A DNA stretch of 64,000 bases from positions 28,024,001 through 28,088,000 of the forward strand of contig OX597828.1 of NCBI GenBank assembly GCA_951406725.2, read 5' to 3'. Each line of letters starts with the position of its first letter. The stretch's first letter is position 1. A model generated the notes under the pieces. It was given only the letters and a program-made list of their open reading frames with translations, had not been told where the DNA came from and ran no database searches. This document shows positions 13,483 to 26,100 of this stretch, one piece after another. Made by a program: the position numbers and the translations under genes. Origin of the DNA: Octopus vulgaris (taxonomy: Eukaryota).

Positions 13483-13996
13483 AGAAGAAGAAGAAGATGA
13501 ATAGGCAAACATAATAAAAATACCAACCACAGATAACTGTCACATGAATATCTCAGTATATATATATGTATATATAAATATATATATGTATATATAAATA
13601 TACATGTATGCACATGTACATACTTGTTGCGTCAACTTACATAGGTATCTAGAACAACAGTCATACATCAAACTGGCCAGCAAATAATTACTTATACACA
13701 GTTTCAACTTTGCATCTACTGACATAAAGAAGTCACTCATGCATACATCACAAGTCTGCAGGTGCACTTTTTGCATGTGTCTGTGTGTGTGCATTTCAGT
13801 GCACATGCTTTAAAAAATACAGCAAATGCGTTGATGCATAATTGCGTTTGCTTACGTGTTTGTGAATGTTTGTATACATGTGTGTGTGTGTGTGTTCATA
13901 TATACACATATATGCATGTGTATATATATATATATATATATATATGAATATATGTATGTGTATATATATGAATATATATATGTGTGTGTGTATACA

Positions 13997-14074
<78 letters not shown>

Positions 14075-14081
14075 TATATAC

Positions 14082-14212
<131 letters not shown>

Positions 14213-14381
14213 CATATATATATATACATATATATATACATATATATATATACATATATATATATACATATATATATATACATATATATATACATATATA
14301 TATATACATATATATATATACATATATATATACATATATATATACATATATACATATATATATATATATACATATATATAT

Positions 14382-14418
<37 letters not shown>

Positions 14419-14905
14419 CAATCTATCTATGTATTTATATGTGCATGTGCACACACACACACACACACACATGCAGCTATATCTTGTAGTTATCTGCACA
14501 TATAAACATACCAAAAACACTCTCAAAGCTTTGACCAAGACAATATAAATTTGAAATAATACGACTCAACCAAACAGTAACGCATTGACTTGCACATGGA
14601 GATATACCAAATATATTTTCTTCACTGGAACCTAATCCTTTACAAGGCTGTTTCCTTCTCTTCATCTCCAACAGTACTTAGTAACTCATACAACAGCAGA
14701 AGCATATCTAAGCTTCGGCGCCGACTTCACAATTGTCCATATTGGATGGACTGAATCAGAAATTTCAAAAACACTCAATGAATTTTCCGTCATGTTCACC
14801 TATCTTTGTCTGTGATTATAGATAAGAGAATTTCTACGTGATGCCTATTCTTGCCCTATACAGCTTTTAATATCAGTAGAGGTGGCTGTGTACAACTGCA
14901 ACTAC

Positions 14906-14936
<31 letters not shown>

Positions 14937-15235
14937 AATGAAAAGGAAAAAGAAAACCCCCACCGCAATGCACCCCTCCCTCCACTCCCACATCAAAACT
15001 GGTCTTATTTCCATGACACCACCAACACTAACCCTAACCCCCAGCTCTCAGTTATGCTGCACCCTCCGTTGTGTTATAATCTTTTATCTTCATGTGTGGA
15101 CACAGAATAAGAATGAATTCAGTGCTATTTGTGTTTCTCATCTATGGCTGTAGGCTTCGAAATCCCATCATACTTTGCTTTACTCTCTCCATCTCCCTCT
15201 AACTCACTCTCTCTCTCTCTCATTCTTTCACCCTT

Positions 15236-15266
<31 letters not shown>

Positions 15267-15412
15267 GTTGTGTTTCTCTTCAGTGAGGTGGTAAAGTAAG
15301 TAGATAGATAGGTGGACAGAAAGATTCAGAGGCCTTCTGATGCGCTGACAGGATAATCTGCTTTTGTTATTGCATGAGTCAAACTCCCAGGTGACATGTT
15401 CATGAGGAAAAA

Positions 15413-15443
<31 letters not shown>

Positions 15444-15714
15444 TTGCCGGTCTGTCTGTATGTGTGTGTGCTTAGACTTATATAGATATATTCATGTACG
15501 TTAGTGTGTGTGTGTGCCAGTAAGTATATGAGTGTTTGTGCATATCTCTAAGTGTCTCACTAAATATAAGTGTGTATGAAGGAGAAATGTGTGTGTGTCG
15601 GGGAGAGTCTATGTAAACAAAAGGAAAGCAAACAAGTGATATAAGTAGTTTATTAATATAGTAGAAACACTAGACTCGGCTGGATTAAATATTCTTAATA
15701 TATTTTGTTGTAAA

Positions 15715-16290
15715 TCTTTATATCCTAAGTTCAAATCCTGTTACGGTTAACTTTTCCTTGCATTTCTTGGTGTTGATAAGAAGTTAATAATATGTGTACC
15801 AGTCACATACTGGGGTTGATTTCATTCACCACCACCACCACCACCTGTGCCTAGTTTACTGGCCTTGTGCCTATGTTACAAAAGGATTATTATTCTTATT
15901 AATGCTCCTCTGCTTCTTTATAGCCTGGGTTCAAATTGAGCCAAAGTTGACTTTGTCTTTTGACATTTCAAGCTCAAAAAAAAAGAAACTCTTTATCAAT
16001 GACTGGCTCTGTTTAATTGACTAACTTCAGTCCTCCATTCCTGCAATCATCAGCCCTTGTGCCTACATTAGAAACAAATTGTTTTTGTTATTGGATTATT
16101 TGTGATAGATTTTGAAATGATTAAAGGATCAGAAAAAAAACGCCTTGTGGTATTTTTTCTAGTTCTTTATGTTCTGAGCTCAAATCCCTCTGGAGTCAAT
16201 AGAATAATTTACGACTCAAATTGGTGGTATTAAATAACCCCCTCCCATCTCAAAACTGCTGGCCTTGTACCTAAACCAGAAACCATTATG
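15715..16290 (+). mobile_element. Cluster of decayed SINE family B copies
   Basis: Repeated agttcaaat...gacttt and gccttgtgcct...gaaac segments. Confidence 0.55.
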
Positions 16291-16292
16291 GG

Positions 16293-16570
16293 AAGGCCTA
16301 TGGCTTAGTGGCTCAGATATTCAGCGCAAGACAGTACGGTCATGAGTTCAATTCTCAGCAAGGCAATGTGTCCTTGAGCAAGACACTTTATTTCATGTTG
16401 CTCCAGTCCACTCAGCTGGCAAAATTGAGTTGTACCAGTAATTCAAATTTCCAACCATGTCACCTTCTGTGTCATAATGAATCTCCCTGAGAACTGCATT
16501 AAGGGTACGTATATCTGTGGAGCACTCAGCCACTTGCACACTTTCTTGAACTGGCTGTTCTATTCATCAG
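16293..16570 (+). mobile_element. tRNA-derived SINE (family C-related)
   Basis: tggcttagtgg A box, gagttcaattc B box, tgtgtccttgagcaagacactttatttcatgttgctccagt core. Confidence 0.75.
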
Positions 16571-16632
16571 ATCATTGTTGTTAATATCACTATAAGCAAC
16601 ATTTGTATATATATACATATATATATATATAC

Positions 16633-16680
<48 letters not shown>

Positions 16681-16968
16681 GAAGGCACATGGCTCAGTGG
16701 TTAGAGCGTCGAGCTTACAATCGTGAGGTTGTGAGTTCGAATCCCGGAACGGGCTGCGTGTTGTGTTCTTGAGCAAGACACTTTATTTCATGTTGCTCCA
16801 GTTCACTCAGCTGTCTTTCCCTTGGATAACACTGGTGGCGTGGAGAGGGGAGGCCGGTATGCATGGGCGACTGCTGGTCTTCCATAAAACAAACTTGCCC
16901 AGACTTGTGCCTGGGAGGATAACATTCCAGGTGCAAGCCCACGGTCAGCCATGACCGAAGAGGGTCTC
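16681..16968 (+). mobile_element. tRNA-derived SINE family C, well preserved
   Basis: tggctcagtggttagagcg (A box), gagttcgaatcccgg (B box); body shared with 47095-47338. Confidence 0.85.
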
Positions 16969-17097
16969 AAAAATATATAAAAAAATTATATGCTACCTGT
17001 TTCCCACTCATAACAGCAAATGCATTAATGCATCGATGAATTCTTAAAATCATGAGAAGTAATGTTGATTTTAAGAGCCTAAGAAGACTTATATAAC

Positions 17098-17511
17098 TCT
17101 TTCTCTTTACTCTTTTACTTGTTTCAGTCATTTGACTGCGGCCATGCTGGAGCACCGCCTATAGTCGAGTAAATTGACCCCGGGACTTATTCTTTGTAAG
17201 CCCAGGACTTATTCTATCGGTCTCTTTTGCCGAACCGCTAAGTGACGGGGACGTAAACACACCAGCATCGGTTGTCAAGCAATGTTAGAGGGACAAACAC
17301 AGACACACAAACATATACATACACATACACACATATATATACATATATATGACAGGCTTCTTTCAGTTTCCGTCTACCAAATCCATTCACAAGGCATTGG
17401 TCGGCCCGAGGCTATAGCAGAAGACACTTGCCCAAGATGCCACGCAGTGGGACTGAACCCAGAACCATGTGGTTGGTAGGCAAGCTACTTGCCACACAGC
17501 CACTCCTGCAC
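17098..17511 (-). mobile_element. SINE family A, full length
   Basis: Reverse complement of 34441-34838 over its whole length, with a (GTAAAAGA)n-like tail. Confidence 0.9.
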
Positions 17512-17629
17512 CTATATATTCAGCTCTATTTCAAATTCACTTTTCTCTCTCTCTCTCCCTCTACATTCACACACACACACACACATACACATTGTATAAC
17601 TGTATCACCAGATTATCAGATCTTGTTAT

Positions 17630-18225
17630 ACATTGCTGGTCCCAGTGTGTTTCTTACTCTTTCTTGATTCCATCATTCTTTTCCATTTTGTCCCAAATTG
17701 CTTGACTAAATCCTCTTCTCTCCATGACGGACCCCTTCCAAGTGATCTTCTCTTTTTCTCTTGGATACCTATTTCTTTACTACCCACAAGGGGCTAAACA
17801 CAGAGAGGACGAACAAGGACAGACAAGCGGATTAAGTCGATCATATCGACCCCAGTGCGTAACTGTACTTATTTAATCGACCCCGAAAGGATGAAAGGCA
17901 AAGTGGACCTCGGCGGAATTTGAACTCAGAACGTAACGGCAGACGAAATACCACTAAGCATTTCGCCCGGCGCGCTAACGTTTCTGCCAGCTCGCCGCCT
18001 TCGATACCACTTGGCCATTGCATGGTTCTGCCTATTGTCTGTGAACTTTGTGACATACCTGGTCCAGTGGAACTTGTGCTTTTCATATTCTGGGATCACT
18101 TTGTTCACCTGTTCTCAAATTATCTCGTTCTAAATATGCCCTCATAATGATAAAACCTCTCCCTGGCCCTTTGCATCATAGCCAATTGATGTTCTTCCCA
18201 CTTTGTAGTCGCCCAATCTAGAAAT
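17630..18225 (-). mobile_element. RTE-clade LINE C-terminal fragment (second family), split by a SINE B
   Basis: Minus strand reads DWATTKWEEHQLAMMQR...KHKFHWTRYVTKFTDNRQNHAMAKWY|PREK..LGRGP, resembling the RTE WAGH..R..DNRW...WYPR..KR..GRP motif. Confidence 0.75.
17770..18002 (-). mobile_element. SINE family B, young full-length copy
   Basis: Close reverse complement of 62122-62354, CpG-rich; flanked by direct gatacc at 17764-17769 and 18003-18008. Confidence 0.9.
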
Positions 18226-18285
18226 CCCATCAGAGATATCTATCTTTATTTGCTGAACTGCTAAGTTATATAGACACAAGATAAA

Positions 18286-18780
18286 TCAGAATCGAAATTG
18301 AACCAATCCTATGACTGGCACCAGGCAGTTGCCAGGACCGCTGTACTGACTCCTGTCCAAGTGGCAAGTGAAGAAACACCATTCCGACCCTGTGCTCGAG
18401 GAGATCCATTGAGTCAAGTACATCAAAATCAATGGAAACTGCAGTTGTGATCCCTGTGCCGGTGGCACGTAAAAAGCACCATCCAAATCGTGGCTGATAC
18501 CAGCGCCGCCTTGACTGGCTTCCGTGCCGCTGGCACATAAAATGCACCAATCCGATCGTGGCCGTTGCCAGCCTCGCCTGGCACCTGTGCCGGTGGAACA
18601 TAAAAAGCACCCAATACACTCACAGAGTGGTTGGCGTTAGGAAGGGCATCCAGCTGTAGAAACACTGCCAGATCAGACTGGAGCCTGGTGCAGCCTTCTG
18701 GCTTCCCAGATCCCCGGTCAAACCGTCCAACCCATGCTAGCATGGAGAACGGACGTTAAACGATGATGATGATGATGATG
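18286..18780 (+). mobile_element. RTE LINE 3' UTR insertion with (g)ataaa TSD
   Basis: Three gtggcac/gtggaac...aaaagcacc repeats, conserved tail and (GAT)n; the empty site is visible at 20291-20300. Confidence 0.88.
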
Positions 18781-18849
18781 ATAAACATTATTCTGAGTAA
18801 ACATAAATACAATCACACACACATTTGCATATAGAAACGCACACACATC

Positions 18850-19075
18850 GTCATCATCATCGTCATCATTATTTTAATGTCCACTTTTCCATGCATGGTC
18901 AGATGAGGTTTATTGAGGCAAATTTCCTACAGTCAGGTGCCTCTCCTGTCACCAACCCTTATCTATTTCCAAGCAAGATATTTCTCCATGCCCAGACATG
19001 TTTTCACAGAATATTGGAAGTGAACATCATTCATTTACAACAATCACATGATGTCAAGACAAGGAGACTCAAAAA
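18850..19075 (-). mobile_element. Older (GAT)n-tailed retroposon 3' end (family E)
   Basis: ttttaatgtccacttttccatgc...gaggcaaatttcctac...accaaccc. Other copies at ~20360-20600, 35945-36170, 42190-42425 (+), 49440-49690 and 59945-60060. Confidence 0.7.
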
Positions 19076-19089
19076 TACACACACTGGAC

Positions 19090-19455
19090 AGGTGGCATGA
19101 CCATCAACGTTGAGCTACTGACACACCTCTGATTTGCAAATGACACTGAACTCATTGCCCCAAACCACAGATCAGCTGCAGACCATACTGACCACAGTTA
19201 ACACCCACAGCATAGCCATAAGCCTTAAAAGGAGCCACATGAAAGCAAAACGCATGCAGAGTGAACATGTAGCACATGGTTCAGTAGAGGTGGAATGTGG
19301 TGAAATCGAGGAGGTAAAGGAGTACGTCTACCAAGGACACATAATGAATAAGTGCTGAGATATGGATTCTGAAACCTCAAAGCAAATAAGGGCAGGATGG
19401 AAGGCGTCTACCTCAATAAAGAATGTGCTCCCAGCAAAATTGGACAAGACTGTAC
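19090..19455 (+). mobile_element. RTE-clade LINE fragment (RT C-terminal region)
   Basis: QLQTILTTVNTHS...EIEEVKEYVYQG...ETSKQIRAGWKASTSIKNVL, matching the RTE IEEV..YVYLG...EI.RRI.AGW.AF pattern. Confidence 0.75.
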
Positions 19456-19644
19456 ATGTCAAACATACATATGTGTCTGTGTGTGTGTGTGTGTATTTAT
19501 ATATAAACATACAAATACACATGTATGTATATATATATATATAAATTCATTATACAAACAAAAATATAGTTTCTTATCTCATAGGATGTTGCATGTTTCA
19601 TACAACCATAATTTATGAATATGCACTCTACACACACACATAAG

Positions 19645-19681
<37 letters not shown>

Positions 19682-20686
19682 TTGTATGTATTAACATTAT
19701 ATGTCTGTATCACTGTGCGCATTTAACATTTTATTTTCATTCCACTAATTAAAATTTTATAATTTTATTTCTTTATATATCTGTAATCTCTGAATTGGCA
19801 TTCGGACTTGGTTTATTGATGTTTTTGGCTGCAAGAATAGTACCAAGGGAAAGAATCATGCTCCAGCCACTAGTGCTACTATTTCGGTAATTCCAATTGG
19901 CATTACCAGTAGACTCTTCATTCACATCCATTTTCTCTCAGACAACTTTAGCTCTTCTTCCAACCAATATTTTCAGAGTTAAATTATATACTTTCTGCCT
20001 CTCTCTCTCATTCTCTCTTGCTCTTTCTTCCTATGTATCTCTCTCCCTCTCTCACTCACTTTCTCACATACTCTCTCTCTCCCTCTCTCTTCCTATGTAT
20101 CTCTCTCTCTCTCAAGCTGTAAAACAAATGCTGTCTTTTTTTAGTTTTTAGATCTTATCGATTCCTTGCACCAGACTCAGTCATTGGAATGAAGCCATGA
20201 TGGGGTACAGCCATTAAGGATCTTATCAAACCACCACCCACTACATGTATCTATCTTTATTTGCTGAACTGCTAAGTTATATAGACACAACATAAACATT
20301 ATTCTGAGTAAACACAAACACAATCACACACACATTGGCATATAGACACGCACACACATCATCATCATCATCATCATCGTCATCATCATTTTAATGCCTA
20401 CTTTTCCATGCTTGCATGGATTAGATGAGGTTTACTGAGGCAATTTTCCTACAGTCAGGTGCCTTTCCTGTCACCAACACTTATCTATTTCCAATCAAGA
20501 TATATTTACCCATGACCAGACATCTTTTCACAGAATATTGGAAGTGAATATCATTTACATTCATTTACAACAATCACATGATGTCAAGACAAGAAGACTC
20601 AAACATACATACGCTTATGCATGTATGCATTATCTATCTATTGGCCAGTCTATTTGTATCTCTCCTACTCTCTCTCTCTCTCTCTA

Positions 20687-20729
<43 letters not shown>

Positions 20730-20734
<5 letters not shown>

Positions 20735-20879
20735 GTAAGTAGCTTGTTTACCAACCACATGGTTCCGGGTTCAGTCCCACTGCGTGGCACCTTGGGCAAG
20801 TGTCTTCTACTATAGCCTCGGGCCGACCATAGCCTTGTGAGTGGATTTGGTAGACAGAAACTGAAAGAAGCCCGTCGCA

Positions 20880-20936
<57 letters not shown>

Positions 20937-21178
20937 GTATGTGTGTGTATATGTTTGTGTGTCTGCGTTTGTCTCCCCCAACATCACTTGACAACCGATG
21001 CTGGTGTGTTTACATCCCCGTAACTTAGCGGTTAGGCAAAAGAGACTGATAGAATAAGTACTAGGCTTATAGCGAATAAGTCCTGGGGTCGATTTGCTCA
21101 ACTAAAGGCGGTGCTCCAGCATGGCCACAGTCACATGACTGACACAAATAAAAAGTAAAAAAAGTAAGTAAAGTAAAA

Positions 21179-21180
<2 letters not shown>
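20730..21180 (+). mobile_element. SINE family A, near full length
   Basis: Near identical to 34441-34838, with an expanded internal (AT)n. Confidence 0.9.
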
Positions 21181-21219
<39 letters not shown>

Positions 21220-21475
21220 TATTAATATTAATATTTAGTGGAAGCAACAGAGTGACTAGTATGACAAGTGCCAACATACGAAACTCTTGGCCCCTGAGTC
21301 ACTCTATTGCTTCTGTGAGAGAGAGATGGAGACAGTAAAGCAAAGTTTCAGCCAGTTCAGGGCTATAGTAGAAGGCACTTGCTCAAGATGGCCACACAGT
21401 GGAACTGAGCCCAGAATCATTTAATTGGGAAGCAGACTTCTTAACCACACAGCTATACCTATATATATATGTATA

Positions 21476-21873
21476 CTAGCAGTATCGCCTGGCGTTGCTT
21501 GGGTTTGTAAGGGAAATAACTATATAAGCATTTTTAGAGAGTTATAGCCAAAAAATAGCAAAAAAATGCACTAAAAATGGAAAAAAAATGATGGTAAATT
21601 TTTTTTTAAATCGTTGACTCGTCGTAGACATTTTTAGAGAGTTACTTCCCTTATATAATAGCGAAAAAATGCATCAAAATGGAAAAAAATGATGGTAAGT
21701 TATTTTTAAAATCGTAGACTCATCGTAGATGTGCGCTAATACCCAGAAGGGCTCAATATGAATCACGACTATAAGATACCCGGTTTTGGTTAAACTGCAC
21801 CGCAAAATGTGGGAGTAGTTAGGAATCTAAATCATAGAAGACAGACACACAACTTCACTTTTATATATAAAGA
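21476..21873 (-). mobile_element. Non-autonomous Helitron
   Basis: Minus strand begins TC (tctttatatataaaagtg) and ends CTAG, inserted between A and T without a TSD. A GC-rich subterminal segment (cccaagcaacgccaggcg) precedes CTAG; internal ~100-bp duplication. Confidence 0.8.
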
Positions 21874-21877
21874 TATA

Positions 21878-22172
21878 TCACGTGATCCCGTGACCGACCA
21901 GTCCATCAGATGTAGTTACACATCGCTGGTCACAATGCGCTTCGCATTGTTTTAGCCTTCGAATGACGCCACCCCGCTGGCTAAGCGAGCAGGCCAACAG
22001 AAGAAAGAGTGGGAGAAAGAGTACAGCAGGGATCACCATCCCCTGCCGGAGCCTCGTGGAGCTTTTAGGTGTTTTCGCTCAATAAACACTCACAACGCCC
22101 GGTCTGGGAATCGAAACCGTGATCCTACGGCTGCGAGTCCGCTGCCCTAACCACTGGGCCATTGCGCCTCCA
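21878..22172 (-). mobile_element. tRNA-derived SINE family D, young CpG-rich copy
   Basis: Minus strand head ggaggcgcaatggcccagtggttagggcagcggactcgc...ggtttcgattccc (A and B boxes), followed by a unique ~220-bp body. Confidence 0.8.
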
Positions 22173-23153
22173 CATATATATATATATCACTACTGGTCTC
22201 TTTCTCTCTCTTACTTCTGTCTTTCTCAAAACCCCTCTCTTTCTTTTTCACGTCCCTCTCTCTGTTTCTCTTTTTCTCTTTTCTCTCTGTCACTCCCCTT
22301 TTTCTCTCTCTCTCTAAGTCTCATTCTCTTCATTGTCCTCATTACCCCCTCCCCCCTTTTTTTTTTACTTAGTCAACTCCATCTTTTATCAACCCCTGTT
22401 GTTTCCTTTATACTTACTCATTGTTCGTTCTGTTTCTTTCTTCTCCAGGTTTCTTACTTGCTCTTCTTTTACCTCCCTTCCACCACACATACTCCCATTG
22501 TTTTCTTGTTTTCTCCATTCATCCATGATCCATTCTTTAATTTTTCCTTTCCTTTTTTTTTTTCTTTCAGAACATTTATTTTTCTTTTGGACATGCCTAG
22601 GTAGTCTTTTTATATATATTTTTTTTATAGTGGTACCCTCCTTTCTTTCTCTCTCTTTAATGCTATCAGTCAAATCTTTCCACCTGAGAAACAGACTCAA
22701 CCCTCACCCCTTGGGTGACTTTACCAATGACTGACTTTCTAACTCTATTAACTGTCTGCATATTGTGTATTCATAATTTCTGTTCAGATTATATGCACAC
22801 AGACAGATATATAAAGAGAAATGTATAGAATTGGGCTTGTCTGCACACATTTACACACACACACACACATTTACACACACACACACACATTTATTTGATG
22901 GAAAAACATCACATGTGACATCACTGAGCTGTATTCCCCCTATCACTGTACCTTCCAGTGTTACATCAAACTTAATTTGTTAGTGCGTATTTTCTCATCT
23001 TTCCTTTTTACTCTAATCTGGGAGTATTCTTCAACCTTTCATTTCACACTTTTAAGACAAGATTCTATTGTTGCCCAAGTTTCCAGTTGCATCAATTTCT
23101 ATCTTTTACTCCAACTTTTGAATCTTTGGTCATCCAACCAGATGACATGACAA

Positions 23154-26100
23154 CCTATAGAAATTACAGCTCAACATTTATCATGATGCCTCTAGAAAAT
23201 ACAAGATAGAATTTCTTACTGAGCCTTAACAAATTACTGAGCCTGTAGAAATTACAGGATACTATTGAGTTACTGAGCCTATAGAAATTACAGGATACTA
23301 TTGTCTTACTGAGCCTATAGAAATTACAGGATACTGTTGATTTACTGAGCCTATAGAAATTACAGGATACTATTGATTTACAGAACCTATAGAAATTACA
23401 GGATACTATTGATTTACAGAGCCTATAGAAATTATAGGATACTATTGATTTATTGAGCCTATAGAAATTACAAGATACTAGTGATTTACTGAGCCTATAG
23501 AAATTACAGGATACTATTAACTGAGACTATAGAAATTATAGGGTACTATTAATTAATTGAGCCTATAAAAATTAGAGGATACTATTGATTTACTGAGCCT
23601 ATAGAAATTACAGGATACTATTGATTTACTGAGCCTATAGAAATTACAGGATACTATTGATTAACTGAGCCTATAGAAATTGCAGGATACTGTTGATTTA
23701 CTGAGCCTATAGAAATTACAGGATACTGTTGATTTACTGAGCCTATAGAAATTACAGGATACTATTGATTTACTGAGCCTATAGAAATTACAGGATACTA
23801 TTGATTTACTGAGCCTATAGAAATTACAGGATACTATTAACTGAGCCTATAGAAATTACAGAATACTATTAACTAAGCCTATAGAAATTATAGGTTACCA
23901 TTGATTTACTGAGCCTATAGAAATTACAGGATACTATTAACTGAGCCTATAAAAATTACAGGATACTATTTATTTTCTGAGCCTATAGAAATTACAGGAT
24001 ACTATTGATTTACTGAGCCTATAGAAATTACAGGATACTATTGATTTATTGAGCCTATAGAAATTACAAGATACTAGTGACTTACTGAGCCTATAGAAAT
24101 TACAGGATACTATTAACTGAGACTATAGAAATTATAGGGTACTATTAATTAATTGAGCCTATAAAAATTAGAGGATACTATTGATTTACTGAGCCTATAG
24201 AAATTACAGGATACTGATGATTTACTGAGCCTATAGAAATTACAGGATACTATTGATTTACTGAGCCTATAGAAATTACAAGATACTAGTGATTTACTGA
24301 GCCTATAGAAATTACAGGATACTATTAACTGAGCCTATAGAAATTATAGGGTACTATTAATTGATTGAGCCTATAAAAATTACAGGATACTATTTATTTA
24401 CTGAGCCTATAGAAATTAGAGGATACTATTGATTTACTGAGCCTATAGAAATTACAGGATACTATTGATTAACTGAGCCTATAAAAATTACAGGATACTG
24501 TTGATTTACTGAGCCTATAGAAATTACAGGATACTGTTGATTTACTGAGCCTGTAGAAATTACAGGATACTGTTGATTTACTGAGCCTATAGAAATTACA
24601 GGATACTATTGAGTTACTGAGCCTATAGAAATTACAAGATACTATTGATTTACTGAGCCTATAGAAATTACAGGATACTATTAACTGGGCCTATAGAAAT
24701 TATAGGGTACCATTGATTTACTGAGCCTATAGAAATTACAGGATACTATTAACTGAGCCTATAGAAATTATAGGGTACTATTAATTAATTGAGCCTATAA
24801 AAATTACTGGATACTATTTATTTTCTGAGCCTATAGAAATTACAGGATACTATTGATTTTCTGAGCCTATAGAAATTACAGGATACTATTGATTTATTGA
24901 GCCTATAGAAATTATAGGATACTATTAACTGAGACTATAGAAATTATAGGGTACTATTAATTAATTGAGCCTATAAAAATTAGAGGATACTATTGATTTA
25001 CTGAGCCTATAGAAATTACAGGATACTATTGATTTACTGAGCCTATAGGAATTGATTTACTGAGCCTATAGAAATTACAGGATACTATTGATTTACTGAG
25101 CCTATAGGAATTACAGGATACTGTTGGTTTACTGAGCCTATAGAAATTACAGGATACTATTGATTTACTGAGCCTATAGAAATTACAGGATACTGTTGAT
25201 TTACTGAGCCTATAGAAATTATAGGATACTATTAACTGAGACTAGAAATTATAGGGTACTATTAATTAATTGAGCCTATAAAAATTAGAGGATACTATTG
25301 ATTTACTGAGCCTCTAGAAATTACAGGATACTATTGATTTACGGAGCCTATAGGAATTACAGGATACTGTTCGTTTACGGAGCCTATAGAAATTACAGGA
25401 TACTATTGATTTTCTGAGCCTATAGAAATTACAGAATACTATTGATTTATTGAGCCTATAGAAATTACAGGATACTATTGATTTATTGAGCCTATAGAAA
25501 TTACAGGATACTATTGATTAACTGAGCCTATCGAAATTACAGGATACTGTTGATTTACTGAGCCTATAGAAATTACAGGATACTATTGATTTACTGAGCC
25601 TATAGAAATTACAGGATACTATTGATTTACTGAGCCTATTGAAATTACAGGATACTATTAACTGAGCCTATAGAAATTACAGGATACTATTGATTTATTG
25701 AGCTATAGAAATTACAAGATACTAGTGATTTACTGAGCCTATAGAAATTACAGCCTATAGAAATTAACTGAGACTATAGAAATTATAGGGTACTATTAAT
25801 TGATTGAGCCTATAAAAATTAGAGGATACTATTGATTTACTGAGCCTATAGAAATTACAGGATACTGATGATTTACTGAGCCTATAGAAATTACAGGATA
25901 CTATTGATTTACTGAGCCTATAGAAATTACAAGATACTAGTGATTTACTGAGCCTATAGAAATTACAGGATACTATTAACTGAGCCTATAGAAATTATAG
26001 GGTACTATTAATTGATTGAGCCTATAAAAATTACAGGATACTATTTATTTACTGAGCCTATAGAAATTACAGTATACTATTGATTAACTGAGCCTATAGA

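Noticed and set aside
16681-16755. tRNA gene (also 22100-22172 and 34441-34515)
   Set aside because: A and B boxes are present, but each continues into a SINE body and lacks a convincing acceptor stem. These are SINE heads.
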